A stretch of DNA of 64,000 nucleotides, taken from positions 15,330,941 to 15,394,940 of the forward strand of contig MU054187.1 of assembly GCA_013239625.1 (NCBI GenBank), read 5' to 3'. A program made the position numbers and the translations under genes. The notes under the pieces were generated by a model, which saw only the letters and a program-made list of their open reading frames with translations, was not told the DNA's origin and made no database searches. Source of the stretch: Lama guanicoe (Eukaryota). The number at the start of each line of letters is the position of its first letter. Positions within the stretch are counted from its first letter, which is position 1. Shown here in pieces: positions 61,911 through 64,000 of the stretch.

Positions 61911-64000
61911 ACCCATTGCTCAAACAGTCAATCCCTGAACCAGAAAGCATATTTAATGACAGGTAGCGAGGATTTTGTTAAGAGACTGAAACTGACAAGA
62001 GGCTCTGTAGCCAACTGCATGGACAGCACTGGCCACTTTCCTTCAGGCCATACTTAGCGATCTTTAGCTACCTCACTTCCATCGTGCAGATATCTTTGTT
62101 ATATAGAAGGAGTTGAAATCCTCATACATTCATGAAATTTTCACCCCCCCCCTTAAACTAGGCTCAGTAAAAAACAATTGGAATATATCTGAAAACCTTC
62201 CGTCTAAAGTAACATACTAGAACTCACTGTTTTATAATCACTTGGTTCACCCATCAATCTCATTTAAAACTATTTCCTCAGTGATGGTTCCCTGCCTTAC
62301 CTTTATACCATGATCATCTGTGGCAGGTGATATGTCTGGTCTTGACAACGGTCAAAAGGCTATCACTGTCCAGGCGTGCCTGAGAGCCTCATCTAATGCA
62401 GCGTCAAGGACTAACACTCAGATTGCATCCGATTAGTGTAAGAATTCCATTAGAAGCTCAATCAAATGGAGTCCTCCATTCTTTTGAATTCAGTTTTACT
62501 GCATCGGTTAAACTATGATTCTTGAGTCCAAAAGCAAAGATTATTTTCTTGCACCAGAAATCTAGACATAGCTCTGAACTAAAAAGAAAACAGTCTTAGT
62601 AAATTTGACAAAACAGGTAGAAATATCAGCTGAGAATATGCAGCCAATGTTGTTAGTTGTCTTTAGCAGGCGTGATGGCCTTTGAGTTTGACTTACTTAA
62701 TTAAATGCCTATAATAATGAAATGATATCTTGCCCACTTCTGTCTGTTGAGATATCATCTCCAATGGTTAAGCCTCAAGCCTAGACAAACCTTTGGCTGC
62801 CACTATTTTCTTATAGTCACGAAAGACATGGTTCTTACATCTGAGAACAGATCGAGTCAAACCAAATTATGGCATTTTCCTGGCAGAAAACTATTTTAAG
62901 TTGGTGACTTCTAACTTTTAAAAATTGACAATGTTTTGCCTATAATTTGGGTTAGTAAATGTATACCCATAAACAATAGCAAATGGTTATTTTTCTTTTC
63001 AATAAACATGAATCAAGAAAATTCTTTTTAATAGGCTTTTTTAGATACCATTACTGCAATAGTAATTTGAATTTACCCATTTTTATAATCACCCAAAGGT
63101 ATTCACCATGTTATTATAAAACAGATGAGTAAGTGAAAACTAATGAATAAAATACATTTCCAGAGGTTTGTTGAAGCTCTCTGTAGGTATTTTCATGGTG
63201 TTGATTACCAATGGAAAGCAACCAAAGTCATGTAGACTTATGAATCAGTAAGTCATAATTACTGAGTGTTCATGAAATGCCAAGACAGAGCTACTCCTGT
63301 GTAGGGATATTATATTCTCCCTTAGCTGGCCGCAGTAGTACAGTGACGCCAGGGTTATGCCACAAGCTGAAGATCAATAGCAAGGTATATTTTACCCAAT
63401 TAAATAGCTAAAAACAAAATTCTTAATTAAATGCAGGTTTAAGGTATTAATATTAAAAGTAAAATGGAACTTCATGAAAAGTTGTCTTTTAAAAGAGGTA
63501 GTGAAAAAGAAAAGGAATCGTGGATAGAATCTTAAAAAGGAAAACAGTGAAAGAAAGGGTACATTGTATAACTTTGAATTATTTTTCTTCGTGTTTGCAT
63601 TCCTTTAATTCTATTCCTCTCCCTTGGTTTAACATAGTAAGCCAAGGGCAGACTTAAAACAAATTTTAAGAAGCCAAAAGTGGAACAGGAAACCTGGTTT
63701 GATAAAGCAAAGGCAATTTGTTCAACATGTGGGAGCAGGGGCTTCATCTTGTTAATGGATGGTCTGTAAGCTGAATTGTTACTAACAGATCAGCTATTAA
63801 TTTAAAATAGAAATTGAATCCGTCTTATGGGATTTGCAGAAGTAATGGTTTTTCTTACATATTCCTTTCCAGATGTTCTTTTTATAACTACAGGCAATCT
63901 TAATTTTCAAATATACCAAATGTATAATTAAAGTTATAGTTTCACCTCACATTTAAAGTATTAAATCTTGAATAAACTTGGAGAGACCGCTGCTTTGGCA

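Noticed and set aside
1..64000. CRISPR arrays, prokaryotic operons, rRNA or an intact ERV provirus
   Set aside because: None seen; the sequence is mammalian, with no repeat-spacer array or gag/pol/env remnants.

Overview
This is AT-rich, repeat-dense placental-mammal DNA, most likely camelid. The assignment rests on two tRNA-derived SINEs resembling the camelid Vic-1 family and on cetartiodactyl-type L1 3' ends; family names come from recalled consensus sequences, not a search. No intact multi-exon protein-coding gene can be named, and nearly all ORFs in the track are L1 ORF2 debris or chance ORFs. Positions 1-8.7 kb are a nested stack of + strand L1s with an ERV1-like solo LTR and a 3'-truncated U6 retrocopy flanked by target-site duplications (TSDs). 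The rest is scattered L1, L2, MIR, MaLR, ERV LTR and hAT fragments. The main non-repeat signals are: (i) a small CpG-rich promoter at ~15.9-16.2 kb with a perfect TCTCGCGAGA (BANP-type) palindrome and a minus-strand GTAAGT donor, plus a candidate ATG-bearing downstream exon at 11232-11314; (ii) an apparently identical 950-bp direct duplication (14703-15652 and 17432-18381) bracketing that promoter; (iii) several small retrotransposition scars. I found no convincing novel biological system; the duplication around the promoter is the best lead, and an assembly artefact must be excluded first.
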